Below, piece by piece: positions 1-13,131 of a DNA stretch of 64,000 nucleotides. Where the stretch lies: the NCBI RefSeq assembly GCF_009914755.1, contig NC_060939.1, one strand, 5' to 3'. Within the stretch, counting starts at the first letter, position 1; the number at the start of each line of letters is the position of its first letter. The DNA comes from the human T2T-CHM13v2.0 reference genome, Homo sapiens. The position numbers were made by a program, and so were the translations under genes. The notes under the pieces are model-generated. The model was not told the origin of the DNA and ran no database searches. It saw only the letters and a program-made list of their open reading frames with translations.

Positions 1-445
1 CAGAAGCGTGGATAGCGCCTTTCCTTTTGGCCTCCAAGGGAACTCGGAGTACCTGATTGAATTCAGTAGGAACTTGGGCAAGTCAAGCGAACACCTCCTC
101 CGGCCTTCCCAGGTGTGCCCGCAGCGGCCACTGTCTCAGGAGCGCCGTGGGAAACAGAGCGTGGGCCGCACCTTTGCAAAGCTGCAGGGAGCAGCGCACG
201 GGGCTTCATGTGCCCACTCCAGGCCTCCCCAGCCGAACATAGATGGGAAAGTTCTGGAAACCGAAGGTAGTCAGGAAAGTACAGTGATCCGTGCGCCCTC
301 CCTTGGTGCACAGAGTAAAAAGGAGGAGGAGGTGAAAACAGCCACCGCTACGCTGATGTTACAGAACCGGGCAACAGCAACTTCGCCTGATTCTGGTGCC
401 AAGAAAATTTCCGTGAAGACATTTCCTTCGGCCTCAAATACTCAG
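1..445 (+). CDS. CGNL1: CGNL1 large coding exon (exon 2 in the usual numbering), 3' part; C-terminal head domain ...RSVDSAFPFGLQGNSEY...KTFPSASNTQ
   Basis: Open frame from base 2. Peptide recognised as paracingulin head. Ends at donor CAG|GTAACA (GT at 446), phase 0. Exon starts upstream of the window. Confidence 0.95.
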
Positions 446-974
446 GTAACACTAGTGCGATTCCTGTTTGGTTTTTTTTCTCTTCCTTCTAAATAATGTA
501 ATGATGTACTTATGCTGCAGGAGGCCATAGGAATTACACATCCTCAATCTTGTATCAGGAATCACACAGCTGATCTGTTTCAGGATCCAGTTGTGTCCTA
601 CTGACGATGTCCTACTGCCAATTGTATAGTTTTCTGGGTTCTTTGAAGTTCAGCTGGATTCCCATTGTGATCTCTCTGTAAAGTAACTTGGCAGACGCTA
701 CAGAGAGGCTCAATTGTTCTGTTTGTGTATGCATGAAATCTGAAAGTATGCAGAATTTGTTTCTACACAGAGGCTGAATAGTTAGGTTTGTGTAGGTATA
801 TTAATTTTCCTCATAAAATTGAGTGACTGGGTTAATTTCTAGCCTGAAAAATTAGGTTAATTTTCATTTAGGTTAATTGTCAAGTGAGAATCTAAGTGGC
901 ACATTTAGTGTTTTGATAGTAACAATAAAAAATAATGATATTGATAAAATGGTAAAAAAAAAAAAAAAAGTAGC

Positions 975-1120
975 TAAGTGCTAGGCACTGTTTGTTATAT
1001 ATTACAGGATTGCACCAACCCTGTGCAGGTAGTACCTATTAACCTCAACTTACAGGTGAGAAAATTGAGGCGAGGAGAAGTTAAGTAACTTCCCCAAGAT
1101 TATGAAGCTGGTAAATGTTG
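975..1120 (-). mobile_element. MIR SINE fragment
   Basis: ttacaggtgagaaaattgaggc...gaagttaagtaacttccccaag is the reverse complement of the MIR core. Confidence 0.75.
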
Positions 1121-1221
1121 TAACTGGCTCTAAGAAGGATGCTCACTGGAGGAATTGTTTGGTGTTTGGAAGCCTCTGGGAACTTCATCCTCATGGTCTA
1201 ACAACAGGCCTTATGTTCCAG

Positions 1222-1316
1222 GCCACACCGGATCTCTTAAAGGGCCAGCAAGAGCTCACTCAGCAAACCAATGAGGAGACAGCTAAGCAGATTCTCTACA
1301 ATTACCTCAAAGAAGG
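1222..1316 (+). CDS. CGNL1: CGNL1 coding exon (95 nt) ATPDLLKGQQELTQQTNEETAKQILYNYLKEG
   Basis: Acceptor ttatgttccag|GCC, donor GG|gttagt; phase 0 in, phase 2 out. Cingulin-family motif ATPDLL. Confidence 0.95.
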
Positions 1317-2204
1317 GTTAGTGATTTTCCCTCTGAAAGAGCAAAGTATTGTTGTTTCTGGTGGGACTCTTAATTTCCTTTTCCGAGGCTTTAATGGTTA
1401 CCTTCCTTTCTTGCCCTGTGCCAGCCGTTGGAGGGTTAAAACTCAATGGCTGGGGTTTTCGTGACGGCATTTGTCTTGTGTGGTATGGGGTGGGGGCTTT
1501 GGGAGGGGTGTGTAGGAAAGGACACCATACTTTAAAAATTAAAATGAATACATTTTTAAAGTGACCCTTTACTATTTCAAAAGCAAATTCAAAGATAGGA
1601 GGAGTTTCTACTCTTCAGGTTTGAATGGAGTCCGCCATCACCTTGAGTTCTTCCGTGCAATGTGGTAGTCCTTTAGAAGTTACAAATAAAAACACCTCCC
1701 CTCCCCAGAGTTAACATTGGCCAAGAGCCCCTGCTTCCATTATTTTTAAAGCATGTGTGAGTCATTTAAAAGCAGTGCTTTCCATGCTTATCTTGGTGGT
1801 TGAGGTGGAATAATCAGCGTTTCAGCCCTTACTTAGATACTAACTGTGCTGGAACTTGAGCAAGGAATTTGAGGTTTCTGTTTCAGTTCTCTCAACAGAT
1901 GTGATTAAGAGGAAGGACAAAAAAAAAAAAAAAGCTTTACAGCCTACATGACTGAAAACCAGCCACTTGGCAAATCCTCATTGGTATCAAAATACTGTAT
2001 ATTTTTGTATTGTGCCTTACAATTATTTGTCAGTTTTAGAGCTAACAACATAGTAAGGCTCAAAATATAAAACAGGGGATCTTTTGAAAGGGGGAAAAAA
2101 AAAGTAACCTGAAAGATTAATCTAGCTAAGAACTGGTTATTAGTATCTCCCTGTGGAAGACTTTACCATGTTAAGATTAAGGTAGAAGAAATCTTGACTT
2201 TTAA

Positions 2205-2512
<308 letters not shown>

Positions 2513-3214
2513 AAAATTCATTAAATTCTTTTATGTATGTATTTTTTGGCACATGATTTATTGAGACATTGGTAAGACAGACTTTAGTGGGAGGTGCCTG
2601 TTGAAGGAAGTTTATTTTAAATCTTTTTCTTCTAATTGCTGACGGTGTGGTAGAAGTTAATAAAACTTAGTATCTCCGTGTTACCTGTGAAAGCCCAGAC
2701 AAAGGGCTGCCATGCTGATAATCTTGGCTTAGGGGTTTTATTTTTTTAAACATAGGTTAAACAAATTAAGATCATTGTAGATCATTCTTAGTGTAAGATT
2801 CAGATGTACAGCATGTTTGTGTGTGTGAGAGAGATATACACATACGCACTTCAAAGAAAAGGAGAATTCTTTTTGGAATGGACATGAGCATTTGAATCAA
2901 ACAACAAATTACTAAATGTTCACTGGATGTCTTCTCCAAGCTTACTGAGGATGTGTTTATGTGCCTCTCACATATTTGCAAGTGGGAACCCTGTCCCAAA
3001 TTGAGTGGTAACACATCATTTATTTGAAAAAAAAAAAAAAAAAAAGACACCATCCATCCTACTCTCACACTGATTTTGTCTGAGGCTTTAATTAATTCAC
3101 AGCTCCTGCAAATTATCTCCTTAAAGGACCTGTTGGGTGTGTGTCATGACATATAAATTGTTCTGAGACCAGTGGTTGTGTCCCTCATTGTTTTCTCTGC
3201 TGTCCCTTTTTCAG

Positions 3215-3320
3215 AAGCACTGATAATGACGATGCTACTAAAAGGAAAGTCAACTTGGTCTTTGAGAAAATCCAGACCTTAAAGTCTCGAGCAGCTGGGA
3301 GCGCCCAAGGAAATAACCAA
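3215..3320 (+). CDS. CGNL1: CGNL1 coding exon (106 nt) STDNDDATKRKVNLVFEKIQTLKSRAAGSAQGNNQ
   Basis: Acceptor tccctttttcag|A completes the Gly codon; donor CAA|gtaaat; frame joins both neighbours. Confidence 0.95.
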
Positions 3321-3475
3321 GTAAATGGAAGTTTTGTATTTTGTAGAGTGCATTTAGCATGGAATGTGGTAAACAACTTGCTGTTTCTTCAGTCTGTATG
3401 TTTGTTTATAGCAGTAAGTGGGAAGTTGCCTGAGTAGTGAGGAGTACTCTTCATGTTTTACATGTTGCAGCAACA

Positions 3476-3812
<337 letters not shown>

Positions 3813-4774
3813 TAGACTATAACAGGATGATACAAACAGATGGCGAGATTTAGAAGAGGAAAATAAGAATAGGAAGACTAGCATTGTCATAGGCAAACAT
3901 GGAAGGTAAGTGTGAACAGGCTTGGACCCAAGCTCTGGAGCTTCAGGTGTGAAAGAGAATGGGACTAGAGACTGGTGACACTGATCAGCTGTGGTGCAGG
4001 GGACAGGAAAGAGCCCAGTGGTGCCAAGTTAGTTTTTAAATAACTGCCTGTCTGATTGATTGTGCTGAATTTGAGTGGGGACATAGAGATTTTTTTGGTT
4101 AAGGAAGGAGCCCTCTCACATTTGATAAACAACTACTCTATGTCAGACACACCTGGTGCCCTGGAAGGAAGCCACTCGTAAGAGAGTACGGCTAAACACT
4201 CGTTCCTCAATCTTCCACCGCCTTGTGTGGAACTCATTTCTTGCTTGTCCATCTTCCTTTCCCCTCCCAGGGGAGTTCTGCATGGGAAGGAAAGAGGAAG
4301 ACACCTGGAGGCAGGTAACAGGAAACTTGTCTGTAGCTTCTTTCTAACTTGGGAAGCGTACATACAGGGGATAATTTTAGGCGTCAACCTACCATCTTTA
4401 CTACTTGTTATTCCCCCAGCACTCAGCTAACCCATGACTGCTGCTGTGGCCTCAAATAGAACAATGCCGTACACACACATACGCAATTCCCACTGGGGAA
4501 TCTTTACACCATAGTCCTTGCGTATTACACCATAGTCCTTGCATATACATAGCCTTGAGGAGCTCTACATAGTTCTTAAAGTCAGTCCAGTATTTGTTTG
4601 CTAAAACTCTGAAGTCCAAATTATCAACACGATTCTTGTTTTTTTGTATACCTGCATACAGGCTATGCAGGGAGTGCGGGTTGGAATCTCACCGGCTGTT
4701 ACAGAGCAATATAAAGGGTCTTGAACACAGGGGCTTTGGGTATAACTTAGCTAACAGATGAGTCTTCAACAAAT

Positions 4775-5336
4775 ATCCTTTTTATATTGTTTTATTGGGG
4801 TATAACTTATATAAAGTAAATTACACAAATTGTATCTGTACAGTTCATTGAATTTTTAACATAGTTTTGCATCCATGCAAATCTCAACCAGATCAAGATG
4901 CAGAACACTCCCATCACCCAGGTTTCCTGGGTTTCTTCCCCCATCAGTTACACCCCATTCTTCTGGAGGTAATCATATCCTGACTTCTATCACCTAGAGT
5001 CGTTTTGCCTTTCTTGACTTTTATATAAATTTTCACAATATGTATTCTTGTGTGTGTAGCTGCATTTCCTCAACATTATATCATCAAGATTCATTAGTGT
5101 TGCATGTACTCGTAGTTTTTTTTGGTATCGAAATGTAATTTTCCATTGTATCTGTATAACATAGTGTGTATTCTTGGTGTACATTTCTGGTTTGGGGCTA
5201 TTAGGAATAAAGCTACTGTGAACATTATTGTACTTGTTTGGGGAGGGGAGTAAACACATTCACTCATTTCTCTTGAGAATATACCTAGAAGTAAAATTGC
5301 TGAGTTGTGAGTTAGGCATGTGTTTAACTCGTAAAT
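4775..5336 (-). mobile_element. Old L1 (L1M-type) 3' end, copy 1 of a local duplication
   Basis: ttttattggggtataacttatataaagtaaattacacaaat...cagatcaagat...agaacactccc is a typical L1M 3'UTR reverse complement. Confidence 0.75.
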
Positions 5337-5821
5337 TATACCTGTTTGTTCTTAGAGTGAGCGCAGTCTTTGGCCTTGATGTTGAGATTGTCCTTGTGGG
5401 TCACAGACTAGGGGTGAACAGCCTGAACTGGGTAAGTCAGGGTAGCCCTTCTAGGGACAGTGACACTAATGGTGCCCCAAGAGATCATAGAATTATTTGT
5501 GAGAAGAAGGGAAGCTGGGGTGTTCTAAGTTAAGTGACTAGCACAGACAAATATAAAGAGGCATGGGTTGCCATGTTAGAGGGAATTTAGTGTAGTGGGA
5601 ACACAGAGCCAGGATGGGCTGAGGAAGAGCCTGGTAGCAAGGACATTGGAAGTTGGAAGTTATGTAAGAAGTTTCCATTTCGGGCTGGGAAGGGGATGGG
5701 TTACCATTGTTGGATTTTAAACAGATGTGAATACCATTGTGTTTGTGAAAGTTTATTCCTTTTGTGGCTTTTGGAAAGAGGTAAGATTAGAGGAAGAGAG
5801 ACCAATGAAAAGCTAATGCCT

Positions 5822-6118
5822 GTCTAGGTGTGGTCCCTCACACCTGTAACCCCGGCACTTTGGGAGGCTGTGGAGGGAGGGTTTCTTGAGGCCAAGAGTT
5901 TGAGACCAGCCTGGGCAATGTAGTGAGACCCTGTCTCTAGAAAAATTAAAAAATTAGCCAGGCGAGGTGGCACATGCCTGTAGCCCCAGCTACTCAGGAA
6001 GCTGAGGCAGAAGTCACTTGAGACCAGGAGGTGGAGGCTGCAGTGAGCTATGATTGTGCCACTGTACTCCAGCCTGGGTGACAGAATGAGTCATTGTCTC
6101 TTAAAAACAACAACAAAA
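5822..6118 (+). mobile_element. Alu (J-type)
   Basis: Dimer ending in an A/AAC tail. Confidence 0.92.
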
Positions 6119-8644
6119 GAAGCTGCCAAATCAAGAGATGATGAGAAAATGAACCAAGACTTTTAGACTTCAGGTTCCTATTACAGCTCCATGACTGTTT
6201 AATTGCCACGTTTTCCTACTCCTCTTCCCTCCCTCTTAGGTTTGGAATCTGATTACTTGCTGGCAAAGGTTTTAGAGTTTTATCTTTGCGGTGTCACTTA
6301 AGTGATTAGGAGAGAATGTAAGAACCCTCTCCCTTAGGGACGGAGACCATACTGGAAAACAGCAAAGCAGGTAGAGATTTTGTATGGGAAAGAACAATGT
6401 ATAATTTCCCTCACTGGGTTGGATTTCTGTTTCTAAAATGGATTGTTATTTTGCCTAAGAAAATTGGAAGTTGTGTGTTTGTGTTTCTAATCGTCTTCAC
6501 AGGAGTAGGTAGGGAAGTACCTCATTCCAAGTTTATCACACACAACTTGCACCTGGATTCAGGGATGTGTGAGCCAAGATGCCGCCGTTTCTAGCTTTGA
6601 TTCCTACTTTTATTTCTTCCCCTCAGCTATTTGTAGTTTTCTAACCACTTTACTGTAGGATTTTAGCCAAATCCTTTTGAGAGAATCATCATGTTATTTT
6701 CATGGAAGAAGAAGAAGAAAAAAAGATCCATTAATATTCATACTCAGATCAGAGAGATAATATTTTGTAATAGACTCTCTTCAATCAGATCCCTCTTCAT
6801 TATGGAAATGTAACATCTAAAAGGAGAAAGCCAATTTAGCTAACATACACTTATTTACTACTTGCATACAGGCTATGCAGAGAGGGATGGAATCTCACTG
6901 GCGGTGACTCAGCAATAATCTCTAGTGTAATGTAGATTACACTGTAACAAATATATGTATAAAGGGTCTTGGGAACACAGAGGCAGGGGCTTTGGGTATA
7001 ACTTAGCAAACAGATAAGTCTTCAACAAATATCTGTTTTTATATTGTTTTATTGGGGTATAACTTATATAAAGTAAATTACACAAATTCCATCTATACAG
7101 TTCATTGAATTTTTAACATAGGTTTGCTTCCATGCAAATACCATCTAGATCAAGATATAGAACACTCCCATCACCCAGGTTTCCTGGGTTTCCTGTGTTC
7201 CTTCCCCATAAATTGTCCCCCTTCCTTCTGGGGGTGATCATATCGTGACTTCTATCACCTAGAGTAGTTTTGCCTTTCTTGAATTTTACATACATAAAAT
7301 TTTACAATATGTATTATAATAAGTATTCTCGTGTGTCCGGCTTCATTTCCTCAACATTATATCAGCAGGATTCATTAATGTTGCATATACTGGTAGCTAT
7401 TTTGTATTGAAATGTAGTTTTCTGTTGTAATCAGTCAACATAGTGTATACTCTTAGTGGTCATTTCTGGTATTTAGCTGCTAGGTGTAATGCCAAACTGA
7501 ACATTACTTTTTTTTTTTTTTTTTTGTAAACACACTCACTCATTTCTCTTGAGAATATATCTGAGAGTATAATTTGTGGGTTGTAAATTAGGTGTACTTT
7601 TAACTGTTAAATGTTCCCAAATGATTTTACACAGTGATTGAAACAATTTACACTCCTGGTAGTGCAGCATGCCAGTTCCAGTGGCTATATATCCTCTGTA
7701 ATACTTAGACTCTTTTCCATTACTTTGGTCTACTTGTCTCTCCTTACACTACTATCGTACGGTTTAAATACTGCCACTTTAGTAAGCCTTCAGATCTGGT
7801 AGCTTTATTCTTCTCCGAGATTATCTTAGCTATTCTAGGTCTTTTGCCTTTCCATATAAACTTTTATCAGCTTGTCAGCTTCCACCAAGAAAAGCCTCTA
7901 GGAATTTTGATTGGGATTATACCAAATGCATAGATAAATTTGGTGGAACTGACGTCTTAATATTATTGGTGTTCTTATTTGTGAACATGAACTTTGTCCC
8001 CACTTATTTATGTCTTAGCATCTCTCAGCAGCGTTCCGTCATTTTTGTTAGAGAGGTCTCGCACATCTTTCATTTAGATGTAGTCCCTTTCCAGTGCTGT
8101 TCATTCCTTTCTGTACTTCTGTGTTTCCATCTCGGACTGGTTTCCTTCAGCCTGGAGAACTATTTTTTGAATATCCTCTAGTACTTTTCGTGGGCATTGT
8201 TTGAGAATAGCTGTCATTCACTCTCAGTTTTCAGGAACTCTAGTGTGGCAAGTATTGTTTTGCTTCATGAATTTAAAGACGTTATTCGTCTTTTGACCTC
8301 AGTTGGCTCCATTGGAAAGCCAGCCATCATTCTTAGTGTTATTCTCTTGAAAGTGATGTGTCTTTTCCCTCTGGGTGCTTTTAATAATTTATCTTTATTG
8401 TCAATTGTTAGATTTTGACTATGACGTGCCTAAGAGTGGTTTTTCTTTTATTTATTTTTCTTGGGGTTCAATGAGCTCTCGACTTGATAGGTTCATCAGA
8501 TTTGAAAAATTCTTGGCTATTATTTATTTGAATATTGCTTCTTTCACATTCGGTCTCTCCCAGCTCTTCTCAGACTCCAATTACATGTATCTTAGAAATT
8601 TTGATGGTGTTCCTCATATCTCTTGTGCTCTATTCTCTCTCTTT

Positions 8645-8647
<3 letters not shown>

Positions 8648-8686
<39 letters not shown>
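8648..8686. repeat. (GT)n microsatellite, about 19 units
   Basis: Direct read. Confidence 0.97.
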
Positions 8687-8690
<4 letters not shown>

Positions 8691-8865
8691 TGTATGTTTG
8701 GGGCATCAGATATTCTGGATATTTTCTATTGACCTTTCAAATTCATTAGTCTTGTTTTCTGGCTACGTCAATCTTACTTTAAGACTTTCTCTTTTAAGAT
8801 GTCTTTAAAAGAATGTTTTTCTTCATCCTTCATTTAAAGGATGGTTCTTTTAAGAACTTTTCTTT

Positions 8866-9105
8866 GGCCAGGTGCAGTGGTTCATGCCTGTAATCCTGGG
8901 AGTTTGGGAGGCCGAGGTGGGAGGATTGTTTGAGGCCAGGAGTTTGAGACCAGCCTGAGCAACATAGTGAGATCCCATCTCTACAAAAACCATATTTAAA
9001 AATTGCCAGGCATGGTGGCTCATGCTTGTAGTCATAACTGCTCAGGAGGCTGAGGTAGGAGGATCACTTGAGCTTAGAAGTTTGAGATTACAGTGAGCTG
9101 TGATC
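8866..9105 (+). mobile_element. Alu (J-type), 3'-truncated, no tail
   Basis: Stops after cagtgagctgtgatc and runs straight into L1-like sequence. Confidence 0.88.
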
Positions 9106-9164
9106 CAGTGAGTTCTTAACTTTCAGATATTGTGTACTGCTGTTTTAGAGTGTCTACTTGGTTA

Positions 9165-9611
<447 letters not shown>

Positions 9612-10234
9612 TTATTTTATTTAGTTACTGGTTAGTTCTTCCTACTTCTTTGCATGTCTAAGGATTTTTTTTTTTAATTGTATGCTAGACCGAGTGGGTG
9701 ATGAGTTATAGATGTTCTGGAATGTGTTATCTCCCCCTGAAGAATGTTAAGTTTTGTTTTGACAGACAGTTAAATTACTTACAGATTACCTTGATTCTAT
9801 ATGGTTGGTTGTTCTAGGCATTATTAGGGAGTGTCTATTTAAGTTTTTGCCCTTACTCTTAAGACATGACCCATGTTCCTTTCTTGGATTTCAAATGAAT
9901 GCCAGAATGTCCACCAAGGTTTCTCTATTTTGGTTGAGTTGGAACCCTAGTGTCTCCCTAGCATTGGGCAACCTGTGAAGTTTCTGTTGGGTTCTTTGCC
10001 TCCTAATAGGTCTTCTCTGCAGTCCTCTTGAACTCTTGCTCTGCTCATATACAGCTTAGGATATCATCCAAGAATCCAGGGAGTATTTATTGTAGGTTCT
10101 TGGAACTTCTTCTGTGGACCTCTCTCCTCTCTCATACCCTGACCTTGAAATCCCTGTTGCTTACTATCTCTAAACTCTAATCTCTATTTCTTTCATCAGT
10201 GAGTTGCCACTCTGGACACTTTTCTCACTTAAAT

Positions 10235-11450
10235 TAACAAACCTTATTTTTCAGAATAGTTTTAGGTTCTCAGTGAAATTGAGTGGAAAGTGCAGACAGT
10301 TCCCGTTTACTGTCCTGTCCCCACATACGCCCTCCACCACTGTTAGCATCCTATAGCATGGAGCGCACCTCTCACAATCAGGGGACCTACACTGGCACAT
10401 CATTATCACTCAAAGACGTCCATAGTTTACGTTAGTGTTCACTCTTGGTGTTGCACATTCTACAGGCTTCTGACAAATGAACAATGACATGTATCTATCA
10501 TTTAGTATCATAAAGAATAGTTTCACTGCCCTAAAAATCCTGTGTGTTCTGCCTGTTTGTTCCTTTCTCTCCCCTAACCTCTGGCAACCCGTAATCTTTT
10601 TATGGTTTCCAAGGTTTTATTTTTTCTGGAGTGTTCTGTAGTTGGAATCACACAGTATATCACCTTTTCAGTTTGGCTCATTTCCCTTAGTAGTGTGCAT
10701 TTTTTCCCATGCGTTTTGATGGATTGGTAGTTCATTTCATTTTAGTATTGAGTATTAATATTCCATTGTCTGATATACCACAATTTATACATTCACCTTT
10801 TAAGGGCATCTTGATTGCTTCCAAGTTTTGTTAGTTATGAATAAGGCTGCTTTAAACGTTCACATACAGGTTTTTGTGTGGACATGAGACTTCAACTAAT
10901 TTGGGTAAACACCCAGAGGGCAGCTTCTGGGTTGTATGGTAAGAGCATGTTTAGTTTTGTAGGAAACAACCATACCATTTTCTAAATTATCTGTATCATG
11001 TTGCATTCCCACAAGCAAAGAATGAGTTTCTGTTACTCCATATCCTTGCCACCATTTGGTGTTGCCAGTGTTTTGAATTTTGGCCATCCTAATTCGTATA
11101 TATTGGTATCTCATTGGTTTGTCTGTTTGTTTTTTGAGATGGAGTCTTGCCCTGTCACCCAGTCTGGAGTGCAGTAGCATGATCTTGGCTCACTGCAACC
11201 TCCACTTCGTGGGTTCAAGCGATTCTTCTGCCTCAGCCTCCTGAGTAGCTGGGACTACAGACGTGTGCCACTACGCCCGGCTAATTTTTGTATTTTTAGC
11301 AGAGATGGGGTTTCACCACGTTGGCCAGGCTGGTCTCAGACTCCTGACCTCAGGTGATCGTTCTGCCTCGGCCTCCCAAAGTACTGGGATTACTGCATGA
11401 GCCGCCCCACCCAGCCTCATTGTTGTTTTAATTTGCAATTTCCTAATGAC
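10235..11450 (-). mobile_element. L1M (L1MB/MC-like) 3' segment containing an Alu
   Basis: cagaatagttttaggttctcagtgaaattgagtggaaag...ttgcattcccac...aatgag...tttaatttgcaatttcctaatgac. Confidence 0.78.
11118..11416 (-). mobile_element. Alu (S-type) inserted in L1
   Basis: Dimer; TSD ctcattg on both sides. Confidence 0.95.
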
Positions 11451-12341
11451 ATTGTCTGTGCTTATAAAATTTTATTGTGCTGTGGTTTGGAAATGGAGTC
11501 ATGGAGAACCCAGGGTGAATGTGGGGCTACCTCCTGTCTTTTCCTTTGTAAGGATCATAACTCTGTGTTGCTTGCTTTTCAGTGCCTGTCAACAATTGTT
11601 TTATATATTTTTGTCTAGCTTTCATAGTTTTTGCTGGGAGGGTAAATCTGATATTTGCTACTCTATCATGGCAAAACCAGAATTCTAACAATCATTTACT
11701 GAGATTTGATTAAATTTATGAGATACATTGGGTTCTGTAGATACAGAGGTGCATAAAACCTGGTCCCTGCCCCATAAAAGTTCATAATCTCCTGATGTAG
11801 TAATTCTCAAACCACTCTTAAGAAACACTAAAGCTAAACTGTATTCTGCCATTAAAATAGAAAAAAATGACTGTCTTTACTTACAAAAAGATTTTGTTGC
11901 TGATTTTTTGCTAACCATTGATTTCCATGCTCTGGAATATAGAATTTATTATGGAGAGGCTTTTTAAGTTTTATTATCCTAAATTTAATGCATTGCTATT
12001 TTATAATATTCTACAGAATACATTACGGACTTCTAACAAATATGCCATGTATGCAAGTTTTAGTCATATTGGACTAGTGTTGATATACCTGATGAAACAA
12101 TACCTGTGATTGGTAAATGCTGTAGAATAAAGTTCACTGGAGTCCCAAGGCGGGCAGTAACATTAACTCTGCCCACCAAGTCAGGGAAGGTTCCCTGAAG
12201 GGGTTGATGTTTGAATTGGGTCTTAAAATGTTTAGTGTTATGCCTCATCTGTTACTGCACTGATTATATTTGGAGGGGGAAGATAATTAAAATAAAGCAC
12301 CCTGAACATTTAAATTAGTATATCTTTGCAATTAATTATAG

Positions 12342-12443
12342 GCTTGTAATTCCACATCTGAAGTCAAAGATCTATTGGAACAGAAAAGCAAGTTGACCAT
12401 AGAAGTGGCTGAACTTCAGAGACAGCTTCAACTGGAAGTCAAG
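12342..12443 (+). CDS. CGNL1: CGNL1 coding exon (102 nt) ACNSTSEVKDLLEQKSKLTIEVAELQRQLQLEVK, start of coiled-coil rod
   Basis: Acceptor attatag|GCT, donor AAG|gtatct; phase 0-0; heptad-like sequence. Not in the ORF track. Confidence 0.93.
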
Positions 12444-12982
12444 GTATCTGGTTTTTCCTTTATGTTATTTTTTCCATTTCTGTCTTGGTTGATAAAGAAT
12501 ATTTTACATGCATTGGGATAACCAGAGTGAAAGCCAATTTTTTTTCCCCCAAAAGAAACATTCCTCTAATCACTGAGTAAATTCCTGTGTATTTGGCTGC
12601 TGCTGTCCAAAGAATTTTTTTTTTTAATGTAACCAAAGCCTATAGAGACTGTTTGCTTAGACAGAGTAAAAGAAACCCTGTTGGATTTAGGCAGGCCAAT
12701 GGGAAACTAAATGTATATAAAACCTCTGAACTAAATCATAGAAATAGCAGAATGAGGTTTGGCTGTGTTTGTGTTTTCTTTTACAAGTATTACAGTTCAT
12801 TAAATATAAATGTTTGATGTTCTTTCTAGTTAAGAACTCCTGTGCCTTAATTATATAGTTTGATTAAGTTGTTTAATAATGTAAGTGCAAAGATATGGAG
12901 TCTGCTTGTTGAGAAGTAGGCTTCTGTGGGGTTACGTTAATGTACAGTGGAGGCACTTTAAAATCACACTGATTCCTGTTAG

Positions 12983-13131
12983 AATCAACAGAACATTAAA
13001 GAAGAGAGAGAGAGGATGAGAGCAAACCTAGAAGAGCTCCGAAGCCAACACAACGAAAAGGTGGAGGAGAACTCCACATTGCAGCAACGACTGGAAGAAA
13101 GTGAAGGGGAGCTCCGGAAGAATCTGGAGGA
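12983..13131 (+). CDS. CGNL1: CGNL1 coding exon (149 nt) NQQNIKEERERMRANLEELRSQHNEKVEENSTLQQRLEESEGELRKNLEE
   Basis: Acceptor ttcctgttag|AAT, donor GA|gtaagt; phase 0 in, phase 2 out; E/K/R/L-rich coiled coil. Confidence 0.95.

Noticed and set aside
446-496. C-terminal part of ORF 8..496 (VTLVRFLFGFFSLPSK)
   Set aside because: Read-through past the splice donor at 445/446; intronic.
1102-1464. 120-aa ORF as a stand-alone gene
   Set aside because: Only 1222-1316 is exon. The 5' part overlaps a MIR, and the alternative AG at 1206-07 would shift the frame.
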